This document shows, one piece after another, positions 11,734 through 22,640 of a stretch of DNA of 34,573 nt (the stretch's first letter is position 1; the number at the start of each line of letters is the position of its first letter). The stretch comes from Octopus bimaculoides (taxonomy: Eukaryota), in assembly GCF_001194135.2 (NCBI RefSeq), contig NC_068991.1, forward strand, positions 63,183,933 through 63,218,505, read 5' to 3'. The notes beneath the pieces were generated by a model, which saw only the letters and a program-made list of their open reading frames with translations, searched no databases and had not been told where the DNA came from. The translations under genes were made by a program, and so were the position numbers.

Positions 11734-12110
11734 AATACAAAAAGGCAATCTTTATATCCAACTTAACGTGGATGTATTGTTAGAGCGCCGAATAATATGC
11801 TATTTGCCTGGTCATTAGCGATATCAGTGCCTGAAGAGGCACTGAAATTCTATAGAGCTCTAACAATAAGATTTGGCTGGTATATTGGCTACCAGACGTC
11901 TGCCACTGAAGACACGGAGCGTGTGGAAATCATGTGATCAGACAGTTTCGACACGCGTAGCAAGATTCTCGTCTGCCAGCAATATAGATATATGTGCTTT
12001 TATGTACCATGTATCTATACGAGAGGAACTGCCAAAGCTAATAACGCAGTATTCAGGGGTCTAACAATACATCCACGTTAAGATGGATATGAAGATTGCC
12101 TTTTGGTATT
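11734..12110. mobile_element. MITE-like element with 51-bp TIRs enclosing the hammerhead-bearing unit
   Basis: 11734-11784 versus the reverse complement of 12060-12110: 48/51 identical by manual count. Confidence 0.75.
11900..11945 (+). ncRNA. Putative type I hammerhead ribozyme motif (copy 2)
   Basis: ctgcca CTGAAGA cacg-gagcg-tgtg GAAA tcatgtg ATC agacag. Core intact, 4-bp stem II differing in sequence from copy 1, self-complementary stem III, AUC triplet at 11937-11939, stem I 4/6 paired. Confidence 0.55.
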
Positions 12111-12121
12111 CGTACTGCTTA

Positions 12122-12538
12122 TATACTCCTTACTCTTTTACTTGTTTCAGTCATTTGACTGCGGCCATGCTGGAGCACCACCTTTAGTCGAGCAAATCGA
12201 TCCCGGGACTTATTCTTTGTAAGCTTAGTACTTATTCTATCGGTCTCTTTGGCCGAACCGCTAAGTTACAGGGACATTAAACACACCAGCATCGGTTGTC
12301 AAACAATGCTAGGGGGACAAACACAGACACACAAGCATATACACACACATACATATATATATACATATATACGACGGGCTTCTTTCAGTTTCCGTCTACC
12401 AAATCCACTCACAAGGCTTTGGTCGGCTCGAGGCTATTCTAGAAGACACTTGCCCAAGATGCCACGCAGTGAGACTGAACCCGGAAACCATGTGATTGGC
12501 AAGCAAGCTACTTACCACACAGCCACTCCGGCGCCTAA
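12122..12538 (-). mobile_element. Full-length SINE A (tRNA head, CORE-like block, internal microsatellite, 3' body, AGAGTA-type tail)
   Basis: Minus strand: taggcgccggagtggctgtgtggtaagtagc...cttgggcaagtgtcttct...(TA/TG)n...gactgaaacaagtaaaagagtaagg. Confidence 0.92.
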
Positions 12539-12669
12539 TAGCCTTACAAACAATGTTTCCAGAATTTTCAACTCTAATATGTATACCTTACATCAACACA
12601 ATAACAACACCAATCACATACGGGATTGTAACTGAGGAATAATCAGATGTGCTTGAATGACCAAATGTG

Positions 12670-12694
<25 letters not shown>

Positions 12695-12710
<16 letters not shown>

Positions 12711-13364
12711 TTTGTGACTATAGTTCTCCCTCACCGGTTCTTGACAACCAGAGTTTGTGGGTTTACGTCCCGTAACGTTAGCAGTTCAGCGAAAGAGACC
12801 GATACTTCCCAGGCGTTAAAATAAAATAAATCCTGAGGTCGATTCGTTCAACAAAATTTCTCCAAGGTGGCACCCCAGCATAGCTGCAGTCAAATGATTG
12901 CAAAGAATAAAGGATAAAAAATATATATGACTAAAATATTTTTAGGGGTGCCCAGAGTACTAAATGGATAACAATAAGGTTAATCAGAAGAAGAAGTGAA
13001 GGAATTGTCCCTTAATTTATAAATAGATACAGAAGGAATAAAATGAAACATTGTCGTTTAAGAATTCGTCTAGCGGCTACCACTCCTTGGTTTTCTACCA
13101 GTGCCACTAATATTAAGCGTTAGACAATTCTTTAAGTTTGTCGGCATGTATTTCATATTATTGTATTTTATTTCGCATTATTTCATTCCATTTAATTTCG
13201 TGGGAAAATTTTGAAGATTTTTCTATAACTGTATGCAAGAATTCTTTTACTTCCTCAAGCCCTATAAAACAGATAAGCATAAAGTATCAATAAACGATAT
13301 ATACTCGACATGTACTGAACATACCTTTCTCTTTCATTTTAGGCTATTCAATTTTCGCACGCAT

Positions 13365-13365
<1 letters not shown>
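12695..13365 (+). repeat. Second copy of a local duplication (SINE A 3' half plus ~430 bp unique DNA), paralogous to 10290-11490
   Basis: Collinear blocks such as gactaaaat.ttt, ccactccttgg.tttctacc.gtgc, ttattgtattttatttcgcattatttcattccatttaatt, caagaattcttttacttcctca. Confidence 0.9.
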
Positions 13366-13395
<30 letters not shown>

Positions 13396-13397
13396 CA

Positions 13398-13441
<44 letters not shown>

Positions 13442-14107
13442 NNNNNNNNNNNNNNNNNNNNNNNNNNNNNNNNNNNNNNNNNNNNNNNNNNNNNNNNNNN
13501 NNNNNNNNNNNNNNNNNNNNNNNNNNNNNNNNNNNNNNNNNNNNNNNNNNNNNNNNNNNNNNNNNNNNNNNNNNNNNNNNNNNNNNNNNNNNNNNNNNNN
13601 NNNNNNNNNNNNNNNNNNNNNNNNNNNNNNNNNNNNNNNNNNNNNNNNNNNNNNNNNNNNNNNNNNNNNNNNNNNNNNNNNNNNNNNNNNNNNNNNNNNN
13701 NNNNNNNNNNNNNNNNNNNNNNNNNNNNNNNNNNNNNNNNNNNNNNNNNNNNNNNNNNNNNNNNNNNNNNNNNNNNNNNNNNNNNNNNNNNNNNNNNNNN
13801 NNNNNNNNNNNNNNNNNNNNNNNNNNNNNNNNNNNNNNNNNNNNNNNNNNNNNNNNNNNNNNNNNATTCATAAAAATATATATACATATGAATGTATATA
13901 TGTATGTACTATGTATATATTAAAGCAATCCCATTGTGTTCTCTCTCATTCTCGCCTTTCTCAATCAATCTTAATGAGAATGTTTATGTCTTCTGATGTT
14001 TCCAATTCAAAAGTGTCCACGGTCGGTCTGTATTGACGTTTCCGGGCCTTTTGACCTTAACTTCAAGACGGCATAAATTGAAATATCCGAACTTACATTA
14101 TACATAC

Positions 14108-14140
<33 letters not shown>

Positions 14141-14163
14141 GATATATATGTACACAGATAGAC

Positions 14164-14209
<46 letters not shown>

Positions 14210-14292
14210 GCACATACATACGTATGTATATGCATGTGTATTTCTGTCATATATGTATGTATGCATTATGTATGTATGTACGTATGTATATA

Positions 14293-14342
<50 letters not shown>

Positions 14343-14352
14343 NNNNNNNNNN

Positions 14353-14410
<58 letters not shown>

Positions 14411-14515
14411 ACTATATATGCATATCTATCTATCTATCTATCTATCTAAATATAAATATATATATTTTACGTGTGTATGAATATATCTCAACATATGACT
14501 ATATTCTTTCATATG

Positions 14516-14555
<40 letters not shown>

Positions 14556-14654
14556 GTAACGTTTGTATGTATAATTCTTAGTTTTTGCGTGAAAAGAAGG
14601 CATCACCTTTTTCAATTATAACGCCATTTACATATAGTCTGCTTTATAGGAATA

Positions 14655-14980
14655 ATAGTAAATCGACGCTTGCTCTTGGTCGGTGTTTTATTTCATCGAC
14701 TCCGGGAGATGAAAGCAAAATTTGACCTCTTTCTAGACTTGAACCTTGGACATAAAGAGCCGTAAATATATATAGTAGCTATTCCTTTCCCTATGTTCAA
14801 ATGATTCTGCCAGTACAACACATTCGGTACATGACTGTTAATTTCTGTTTTATAGAATGCGAAAGGAGGGAAAGGAAAATTGACCTCGGCGATGTTTCAA
14901 CTCAGGAGGTAAAACATCCGTAACTAAATGGTGCAGGGCATTTTTGTCCAGCGGACTAATGTTTTCTGCTAAGCCATTAC
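14655..14980 (-). mobile_element. Two old SINE B remnants
   Basis: ttttatttcatcgactccgggagatgaaagcaaaatttgacct and gaaaggaaaattgacctcggcgatgtttcaactcag. Confidence 0.55.
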
Positions 14981-15010
14981 TTTTACTCTGATGACGTTGA
15001 CGATGACAAC

Positions 15011-15051
<41 letters not shown>

Positions 15052-16019
15052 NNNNNNNNNNNNNNNNNNNNNNNNNNNNNNNNNNNNNNNNNNNNNNNNN
15101 NNNNNNNNNNNNNNNNNNNNNNNNNNNNNNNNNNNNNNNNNNNNNNNNNNNNNNNNNNNNNNNNNNNNNNNNNNNNNNNNNNNNNNNNNNNNNNNNNNNN
15201 NNNNNNNNNNNNNNNNNNNNNNNNNNNNNNNNNNNNNNNNNNNNNNNNNNNNNNNNNNNNNNNNNNNNNNNNNNNNNNNNNNNNNNNNNNNNNNNNNNNN
15301 NNNNNNNNNNNNNNNNNNNNNNNNNNNNNNNNNNNNNNNNNNNNNNNNNNNNNNNNNNNNNNNNNNNNNNNNNNNNNNNNNNNNNNNNNNNNNNNNNNNN
15401 NNNNNNNNNNNNNNNNNNNNNNNNNNNNNNNNNNNNNNNNNNNNNNNNNNNNNNNNNNNNNNNNNNNNNNNNNNNNNNNNNNNNNNNNNNNNNNNNNNNN
15501 NNNNNNNNNNNNNNNNNNNNNNNNNNNNNNNNNNNNNNNNNNNNNNNNNNNNNNNNNNNNNNNNNNNNNNNNNNNNNNNNNNNNNNNNNNNNNNNNNNNN
15601 NNNNNNNNNNNNNNNNNNNNNNNNNNNNNNNNNNNNNNNNNNNNNNNNNNNNNNNNNNNNNNNNNNNNNNNNNNNNNNNNNNNNNNNNNNNNNNNNNNNN
15701 NNNNNNNNNNNNNNNNNNNNNNNNNNNNNNNNNNNNNNNNNNNNNNNNNNNNNNNNNNNNNNNNNNNNNNNNNNNNNNNNNNNNNNNNNNNNNNNNNNNN
15801 NNNNNNNNNNNNNNNNNNNNNNNNNNNNNNNNNNNNNNNNNNNNNNNNNNNNNNNNNNNNNNNNNNNNNNNNNNNNNNNNNNNNNNNNNNNNNNNNNNNN
15901 NNNNNNNNNNNNNNNNNNNNNNNNNNNNNNNNNNNNNNNNNNNNNNNNNNNNNNNNNNNNNNNNNNNNNNNNNNNNNNNNNNNNNNNNNNNNNNNNNNNN
16001 NNNNNNNNNNNNNNNNNNN

Positions 16020-16051
<32 letters not shown>

Positions 16052-16939
16052 AATGTATTAGTTTGATGCTCAGTAAAAAGAGAGTTTTTGACATTTCGAG
16101 CATAGATCTTCGTCAGAAAGGAAAAATGGAAAAGTCCAAAGAAGGGAGAAAAAAAAAATCACCAACAGCACGTGTGTAGTTACATTGGCTAAAGTGACCG
16201 GAAGTAGAAAGAGATAGAGCAACTGAATTGGCTTGTTACACACTTTCAGTATATATATTAAGTGTGACTTATCAATCAATATATATCGGTAAATATATAT
16301 CAATAAAATACATGCCACCGTTAAGTAAGTACAGTTCTCGATATAAGTGGTTTAATCTTTTAAATTCTATACCTCAGCATGGTCGCCTTTTAATGACTGA
16401 AACCATTGAAATATAATAAGGTGCACCGGACTACAGTTTTCAGAGCAACTACAGTACAGTAATTAGATTCCGCTTGTTCACACTCAATGATCTAGGCATT
16501 CTGCCGATCCTTCCACGACTTTCAAGATAAATAGAAAATATGTAAATAAATATGTTTATATCCTGTTTCTTAATCACTAAGAGTTTTGTTTTTTTAGTAT
16601 GGTCTCAGACCTGATTGGTTGATATGAAATGAAAAATTAAAAAAAAAAAACTCGGTTAAGAATTTCTATGATGAATCGTACGATATAATATTTTTTTTCT
16701 TAGAAAAAATGTGACATTCATTTTCACACGAGAGAGCCGTAACATTCAGTATGGGATATGTAGGTCGAGCGCGAAGGACGTCTCTGCACGCCACTCCTGT
16801 AATCACATAACAGCAAGTAGCAAAGAGGAAGTTCACGACATGGTTTACTCCACCTGCTTGGGAACGGCCGTCGAAGAGACTTCAAGATCATGCCTTAACG
16901 GCATGAAATAAACGTATGACACAGTAGACCACACACACA

Positions 16940-17025
<86 letters not shown>

Positions 17026-17281
17026 TACATACATACGTACACACATAGAAAAAACATGGAATGGTCATGGCAAGAACAGTTTGCATCAGTAGTCTGCATG
17101 ACAAGGATAAACGGTAATATCGAGTATCAATGTGTGTGTGTGTGTGTACACACACACACACACACACACATTGATACACATTGTATACACACACACACAC
17201 ACACACACACATGTATACAGTAATCCCTCGACTAAAATAGATTCCACGAACAGCCTCTACTAAACATTTAAAGAACGTAGG

Positions 17282-17282
17282 T

Positions 17283-17359
<77 letters not shown>

Positions 17360-17398
17360 TAATAATAATAATAATGATAATAATAATAATAATAATAA
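17282..17398. repeat. (TAA)n array 5' of the Dong-like fragment
   Basis: Visible. Confidence 0.95.
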
Positions 17399-17564
17399 TT
17401 AGACAGAGAAAAATCCCAGCAATGGTTGAGAAGCTCAGGACTCAAAGCAGAGACTGAAGGATTTTTAATTGCTGCACAAGACCAAAGCCTCCCCACCAGA
17501 AATTACCAAAAACATATAATGAAAAAAAACATAACAAGTAACTGTAGAATATGTGGAGATGGAC
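17399..17564 (+). mobile_element. 5'-truncated R4/Dong-type non-LTR retrotransposon (pre-zinc-knuckle region); remainder in the N gap 17565-18555
   Basis: LDREKSQQWLRSSGLKAETEGFLIAAQDQSLPTRNYQKHIMKKNITSNCRICGDG shows the WL..G.L..ETEG...A.QDQ...TRNY...CR.C signature; open frame without stops. Confidence 0.88.
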
Positions 17565-18555
17565 NNNNNNNNNNNNNNNNNNNNNNNNNNNNNNNNNNNN
17601 NNNNNNNNNNNNNNNNNNNNNNNNNNNNNNNNNNNNNNNNNNNNNNNNNNNNNNNNNNNNNNNNNNNNNNNNNNNNNNNNNNNNNNNNNNNNNNNNNNNN
17701 NNNNNNNNNNNNNNNNNNNNNNNNNNNNNNNNNNNNNNNNNNNNNNNNNNNNNNNNNNNNNNNNNNNNNNNNNNNNNNNNNNNNNNNNNNNNNNNNNNNN
17801 NNNNNNNNNNNNNNNNNNNNNNNNNNNNNNNNNNNNNNNNNNNNNNNNNNNNNNNNNNNNNNNNNNNNNNNNNNNNNNNNNNNNNNNNNNNNNNNNNNNN
17901 NNNNNNNNNNNNNNNNNNNNNNNNNNNNNNNNNNNNNNNNNNNNNNNNNNNNNNNNNNNNNNNNNNNNNNNNNNNNNNNNNNNNNNNNNNNNNNNNNNNN
18001 NNNNNNNNNNNNNNNNNNNNNNNNNNNNNNNNNNNNNNNNNNNNNNNNNNNNNNNNNNNNNNNNNNNNNNNNNNNNNNNNNNNNNNNNNNNNNNNNNNNN
18101 NNNNNNNNNNNNNNNNNNNNNNNNNNNNNNNNNNNNNNNNNNNNNNNNNNNNNNNNNNNNNNNNNNNNNNNNNNNNNNNNNNNNNNNNNNNNNNNNNNNN
18201 NNNNNNNNNNNNNNNNNNNNNNNNNNNNNNNNNNNNNNNNNNNNNNNNNNNNNNNNNNNNNNNNNNNNNNNNNNNNNNNNNNNNNNNNNNNNNNNNNNNN
18301 NNNNNNNNNNNNNNNNNNNNNNNNNNNNNNNNNNNNNNNNNNNNNNNNNNNNNNNNNNNNNNNNNNNNNNNNNNNNNNNNNNNNNNNNNNNNNNNNNNNN
18401 NNNNNNNNNNNNNNNNNNNNNNNNNNNNNNNNNNNNNNNNNNNNNNNNNNNNNNNNNNNNNNNNNNNNNNNNNNNNNNNNNNNNNNNNNNNNNNNNNNNN
18501 NNNNNNNNNNNNNNNNNNNNNNNNNNNNNNNNNNNNNNNNNNNNNNNNNNNNNNN

Positions 18556-18556
18556 N

Positions 18557-18626
<70 letters not shown>

Positions 18627-18680
18627 AAGAAGAAGAAGAAGAAGAAGAATAAGAAGAAGAAGAACAACAACAACAATAAC

Positions 18681-18767
<87 letters not shown>

Positions 18768-18783
18768 ACTAATAATAATATAA
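18556..18783. repeat. (TAA)-(AGA)-(ACA)-(TAA)-(TGA) trinucleotide mosaic
   Basis: Visible. Confidence 0.95.
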
Positions 18784-18924
18784 GTGGCTAGTAAGCATAC
18801 AAACCAAAAGGGTACATTTATAGATTTATAACCAAGTGTATAAGTACCAGCGTTGCTAGAAATAAGAGTCGAAAAATACTCAAATAAGACACAATATCAC
18901 TGTAAATTTAACAAGTTGACGAAA

Positions 18925-19458
18925 TCTTTATTATTGTCACACTGCCTTCTGCACATGCGTGCTCATATTTGGCACTATTGTGGTCAGGTGATCGAAGTAT
19001 GAGCTTGATCGCGCCATTTTCCTTCCGGTTCACCATTACCATCTCTCGAGCTTGCTGAATCGCCTCGTCAGTGATGGAGGTTGAAGAGCGTCCTATTTCC
19101 TCTTCATATGTCACGCTTGTCCGGCCACTTTTAAACTTCTGGATCCACTCATACACACTTCTACGTGGTAGTGTACTGTCCCCGTATTGTGCTAACAGCC
19201 TTCATGAATTTCAGTATCTGACACAACTTCCGACCAGAGATATCGAATCACTGATCTTCGTTCTTCTTTGGTGCACATTGCTAGTAGAGCAGCCATGATT
19301 GCACTGTAAAACCAGAAAGAAAATTGGCGCGATTAGGCTCAAACTTCGATCACGTGGTCACAATACTACCAACTATAAGTACACATGCACAGAAGGCAGT
19401 ATTACAATGATAAAGATATGTTATGGCGAAAGTGCGGATAATTTTTGACTTCCTCTCG
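18925..19458 (-). mobile_element. Non-autonomous mariner derivative: N-terminal HTH remnant with an inverted copy of the 5' subterminal region
   Basis: Minus strand from 19297: MAALLAMCTKEERRSVIRYLWSE, frameshift, LLAQYGDSTLPRRSVYEWIQKFKSGRTSVTYEEEIGRSSTS; TIR-like cgagaggaagtcaaaaattatccgcact at 19458; arms 18925-19032 and 19309-19418 are inverted. Confidence 0.85.
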
Positions 19459-19459
19459 G

Positions 19460-19526
<67 letters not shown>

Positions 19527-19611
19527 TGAGTGAGTGTGTGTGTGTGTGTGTGAGTGTGCGTGTGTGCGTGTGTGCGTGCGTGTGTGTGAGTGAGAGAGTG
19601 TGTGTGTGAGA

Positions 19612-19654
<43 letters not shown>

Positions 19655-20889
19655 ATTGTGTCAAGGACCTAAAATCCTTTGAGGGATGCTAGCATCCTAA
19701 TTCTCCGGTTTATACCAGTGTTCAGCGAATTTCATTATATGAATTTGAGTATCTTTGAATAAACTAATATCTGCATATGTCAATTTCTCCATTTTCTTCC
19801 TTTTCTCACACATATATATATATAATATATAAATATATGCATATATCCATGCATATATGTACATACCTACATCTATATGTATACATACATGCATATATGA
19901 GCACAGGACATCAAAAAACGTTAGACACAATGAGAAACGAAAACATAAAAACGAAAACATAGAAAACGAACATTTTTCGAACAACGAACAAAACAAACAG
20001 AGAAACGAGACATGCAACATAAAGAGTATACCCCTTCGTCAGTTGTCCCTGTTCCATATATATATACAAAGAGAGAGAGGGAGGGAGAGAGAGAGAGACA
20101 GAGAGAGAGAGACAGAGAGAGAGAGACAGAGAGAAAGAGACAGAGAGAGAGCTAGATAGGTAGATACACGCATATATGCAAATATATATATATATATATA
20201 TATANNNNNNNNNNNNNNNNNNNNNNNNNNNNNNNNNNNNNNNNNNNNNNNNNNNNNNNNNNNNNNNNNNNNNNNNNNNNNNNNNNNNNNNNNNNNNNNN
20301 NNNNNNNNNNNNNNNNNNNNNNNNNNNNNNNNNNNNNNNNNNNNNNNNNNNNNNNNNNNNNNNNNNNNNNNNNNNNNNNNNNNNNNNNNNNNNNNNNNNN
20401 NNNNNNNNNNNNNNNNNNNNNNNNNNNNNNNNNNNNNNNNNNNNNNNNNNNNNNNNNNNNNNNNNNNNNNNNNNNNNNNNNNNNNNNNNNNNNNNNNNNN
20501 NNNNNNNNNNNNNNNNNNNNNNNNNNNNNNNNNNNNNNNNNNNNNNNNNNNNNNNNNNNNNNNNNNNNNNNNNNNNNNNNNNNNNNNNNNNNNNNNNNNN
20601 NNNNNNNNNNNNNNNNNNNNNNNNNNNNNNNNNNNNNNNNNNNNNNNNNNNNNNNNNNNNNNNNNNNNNNNNNNNNNNNNNNNNNNNNNNNNNNNNNNNN
20701 NNNNNNNNNNNNNNNNNNNNNNNNNNNNNNNNNNNNNNNNNNNNNNNNNNNNNNNNNNTTGTTGTTGCTGTTGTTGTCTGTATTCCTGCTTCTGTTCTTA
20801 CGACTCTAGTTGTTATTGTTGCTACCTACCCTTGTGTGTTTTAGTGGTTCTCACATTTGCTATTCAGAAAATATGGGAAGCAGAACCTC

Positions 20890-20937
<48 letters not shown>

Positions 20938-21129
20938 TGTTATAGGTTATGTGTTTCTGACTATGTAATGGGTGGGTGTAGTTAATTTGATTACATCCAG
21001 GATTTGAATCACAAGGCATTTATTTATATCCTTTCTACTGCTTCCTTCTGTTTGCTATTTCAACCAGTCGTAGACCCGCAATTATAACTATGGTGACAAA
21101 CTTTGATACAAGGTCACATATTTAATGAG

Positions 21130-21292
21130 AGGCAAGGTTCAGTTCATTAAATCGATTGGGACTTATTTTAATAATACCGGAAAGATGAAAGACAAAGTCG
21201 ACCTTGGCGTGATTTGAACTCGAGGCTGTAAATTGACGTAACTCAATATCTGGAGGTGTTTCTTCCGGTCGTTTAATGATTCTGCTACTCGT
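21130..21292 (-). mobile_element. Old SINE B, target of a younger SINE B
   Basis: ggaaagatgaaagacaaagtcgaccttggcgtgatttgaactc matches reverse SINE B. Confidence 0.7.
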
Positions 21293-21507
21293 TAAGGCGG
21301 CGAGCTGGCAGAATCGTTAGCACGCTAGACGAACTGCTTAGCAATATTTCGCCCGTCCTCACGTTCCGAGTTCAAAATCCACCGAGGTTGACTTTGCCTT
21401 TTATCCCTTCGGGGTTGATAAATTAAGTACCAGTTGCATACTAGGGTCGATCTAATCGACTGGCCTCCACCCCCCAAAATTTCAGGCCTTGTGCCTATAA
21501 TAGAAAG
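21293..21507 (+). mobile_element. SINE B2 with 15-bp TSD (1 mismatch)
   Basis: GATTCTGCT(A/G)CTCGT at 21278-21292 and 21508-21522. Confidence 0.9.
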
Positions 21508-21579
21508 GATTCTGCTGCTCGTCTACTTTCCCCACCTATTACAATGCCATGTTAACAGAAAGGAACCAAATATTTTTTT

Positions 21580-21667
21580 TCTTTCTGCCTTGTTTTAGTC
21601 ATTAGACTGTGGCCAGGCTGGGGCACCACCTTGAAGAAATGTTAGTCGAATGAATCGAACCCAGTAT

Positions 21668-21698
<31 letters not shown>

Positions 21699-21834
21699 TT
21701 AAGCCCAGTAGTTATTTTATCGGTTTTCTTTTTCGGAACCGCTAAGCTACAAGAACGTAAACACACCAACACCGGCTGTAAAGTGATGGTTTGGGAGAAA
21801 CACAGACCCAAAGACATACACACACACACACAAA
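21580..21834 (-). mobile_element. SINE A 3' body with internal (TTTA)n expansion
   Basis: gtcattagactgtggccaggctggggcaccaccttgaag...ggaaccgctaagctac...aaacacaccaacaccgg. Confidence 0.8.
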
Positions 21835-22640
21835 CAGGGTGTGGACGGTTCGCGATTTTCAACTGCTAATTTTACGCATATATTTTTTCTACTTTCGTTG
21901 ATGATCTTTTTCTTTTTAAAAACAATAACCATTTTTTGATTTTTTTTGCAGGATGATTGACTATGGAAAATTCTGAAACCCCCAATTTGTGGAAGAGGCA
22001 TGGAGTTCTCCATGGAATACGCGCCGGAAGGACAAACAAATAGATTTCAGACTTCCTCAGCGTCAGCAGAAGGATGGTGGAAAATGTCAGAAACGAGCTG
22101 GAAGATTCAGGATTTGACTGCGAGGCGACAACAGAGAGGAGAACCCCATAGTCGACGATCTGACGCCATGAGAACGCCGGAATCCGTCGCTGAAATCCAG
22201 GTGACCATCAGCAATGATTCCAGCAAGTTGATGCGTGCCATTGCACGAAAAAAAAGGCTTGTGACGCATGAGGACATTCTCTGCTTTACATGGAAGATGA
22301 GGAAGGGACAATTTCTCTCTAAGGCGATGCAGGAAAAGCGACTCAAGCAAGCCAAGAAGCTGATCAACAAATTGAAACACCCGCTTGAACCAGACATGGT
22401 GTGGTTCTTCTGCTATGAGATTTCTGCCAAAACCAGAAGATCAACTCCCAAAATAATAGGTGGCTCACTGTCTCACCCAAGGACATGTCCGAGCCATGTA
22501 GAGAAAATTTCTAGCGACAATCATAGTCTTCAGTGTCTCAGCAGGGAAGGTCATACCACCCTACTTCTGCAAGAACATCGAGTTGAATATCAGAAATGTG
22601 AAGGTGCTTGGAGAGCAGTGAAATGTGGTTCTTAAGGAAA
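21835..22640 (+). mobile_element. Decayed Tc1/mariner-superfamily transposase, maT (DD37D)-like, 3' truncated
   Basis: ATG at 21963: MENSETPNLWKRHGVLHGIRAGRTNK*ISDFLSVSRRMVENVRNELE, frameshift, HSRRSDAMRTPE...KMRKGQFLSKAMQEKRLKQAKKLINKLKHPLEPDMVWFF, then frameshifted NSQNNRWL; possible TIR cagggtgtggacgg at 21835. Subfamily call is from motif recall. Confidence 0.75.

Noticed and set aside
11821-11865. Second CTGAAGA...GAAA motif upstream of the + hammerhead
   Set aside because: Stem II is only ggcact, there is no stem I partner, a competing cagtgcct/aggcactg hairpin forms, and the other copy reads CTGAATA...CAAA.
11940-11990. Antisense CAGACGA...GAAAC motif in both repeat copies
   Set aside because: CAGA rather than CUGA in both copies, and stem III is impossibly short.
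19684-19697. 14-bp palindrome ggatgctagcatcc
   Set aside because: About one such 7-bp-arm palindrome is expected by chance in a window this size.
20020-20055. Minus-strand CTGACGAagggg, half a hammerhead core
   Set aside because: No downstream GAAA or stem III; at most a dead remnant.
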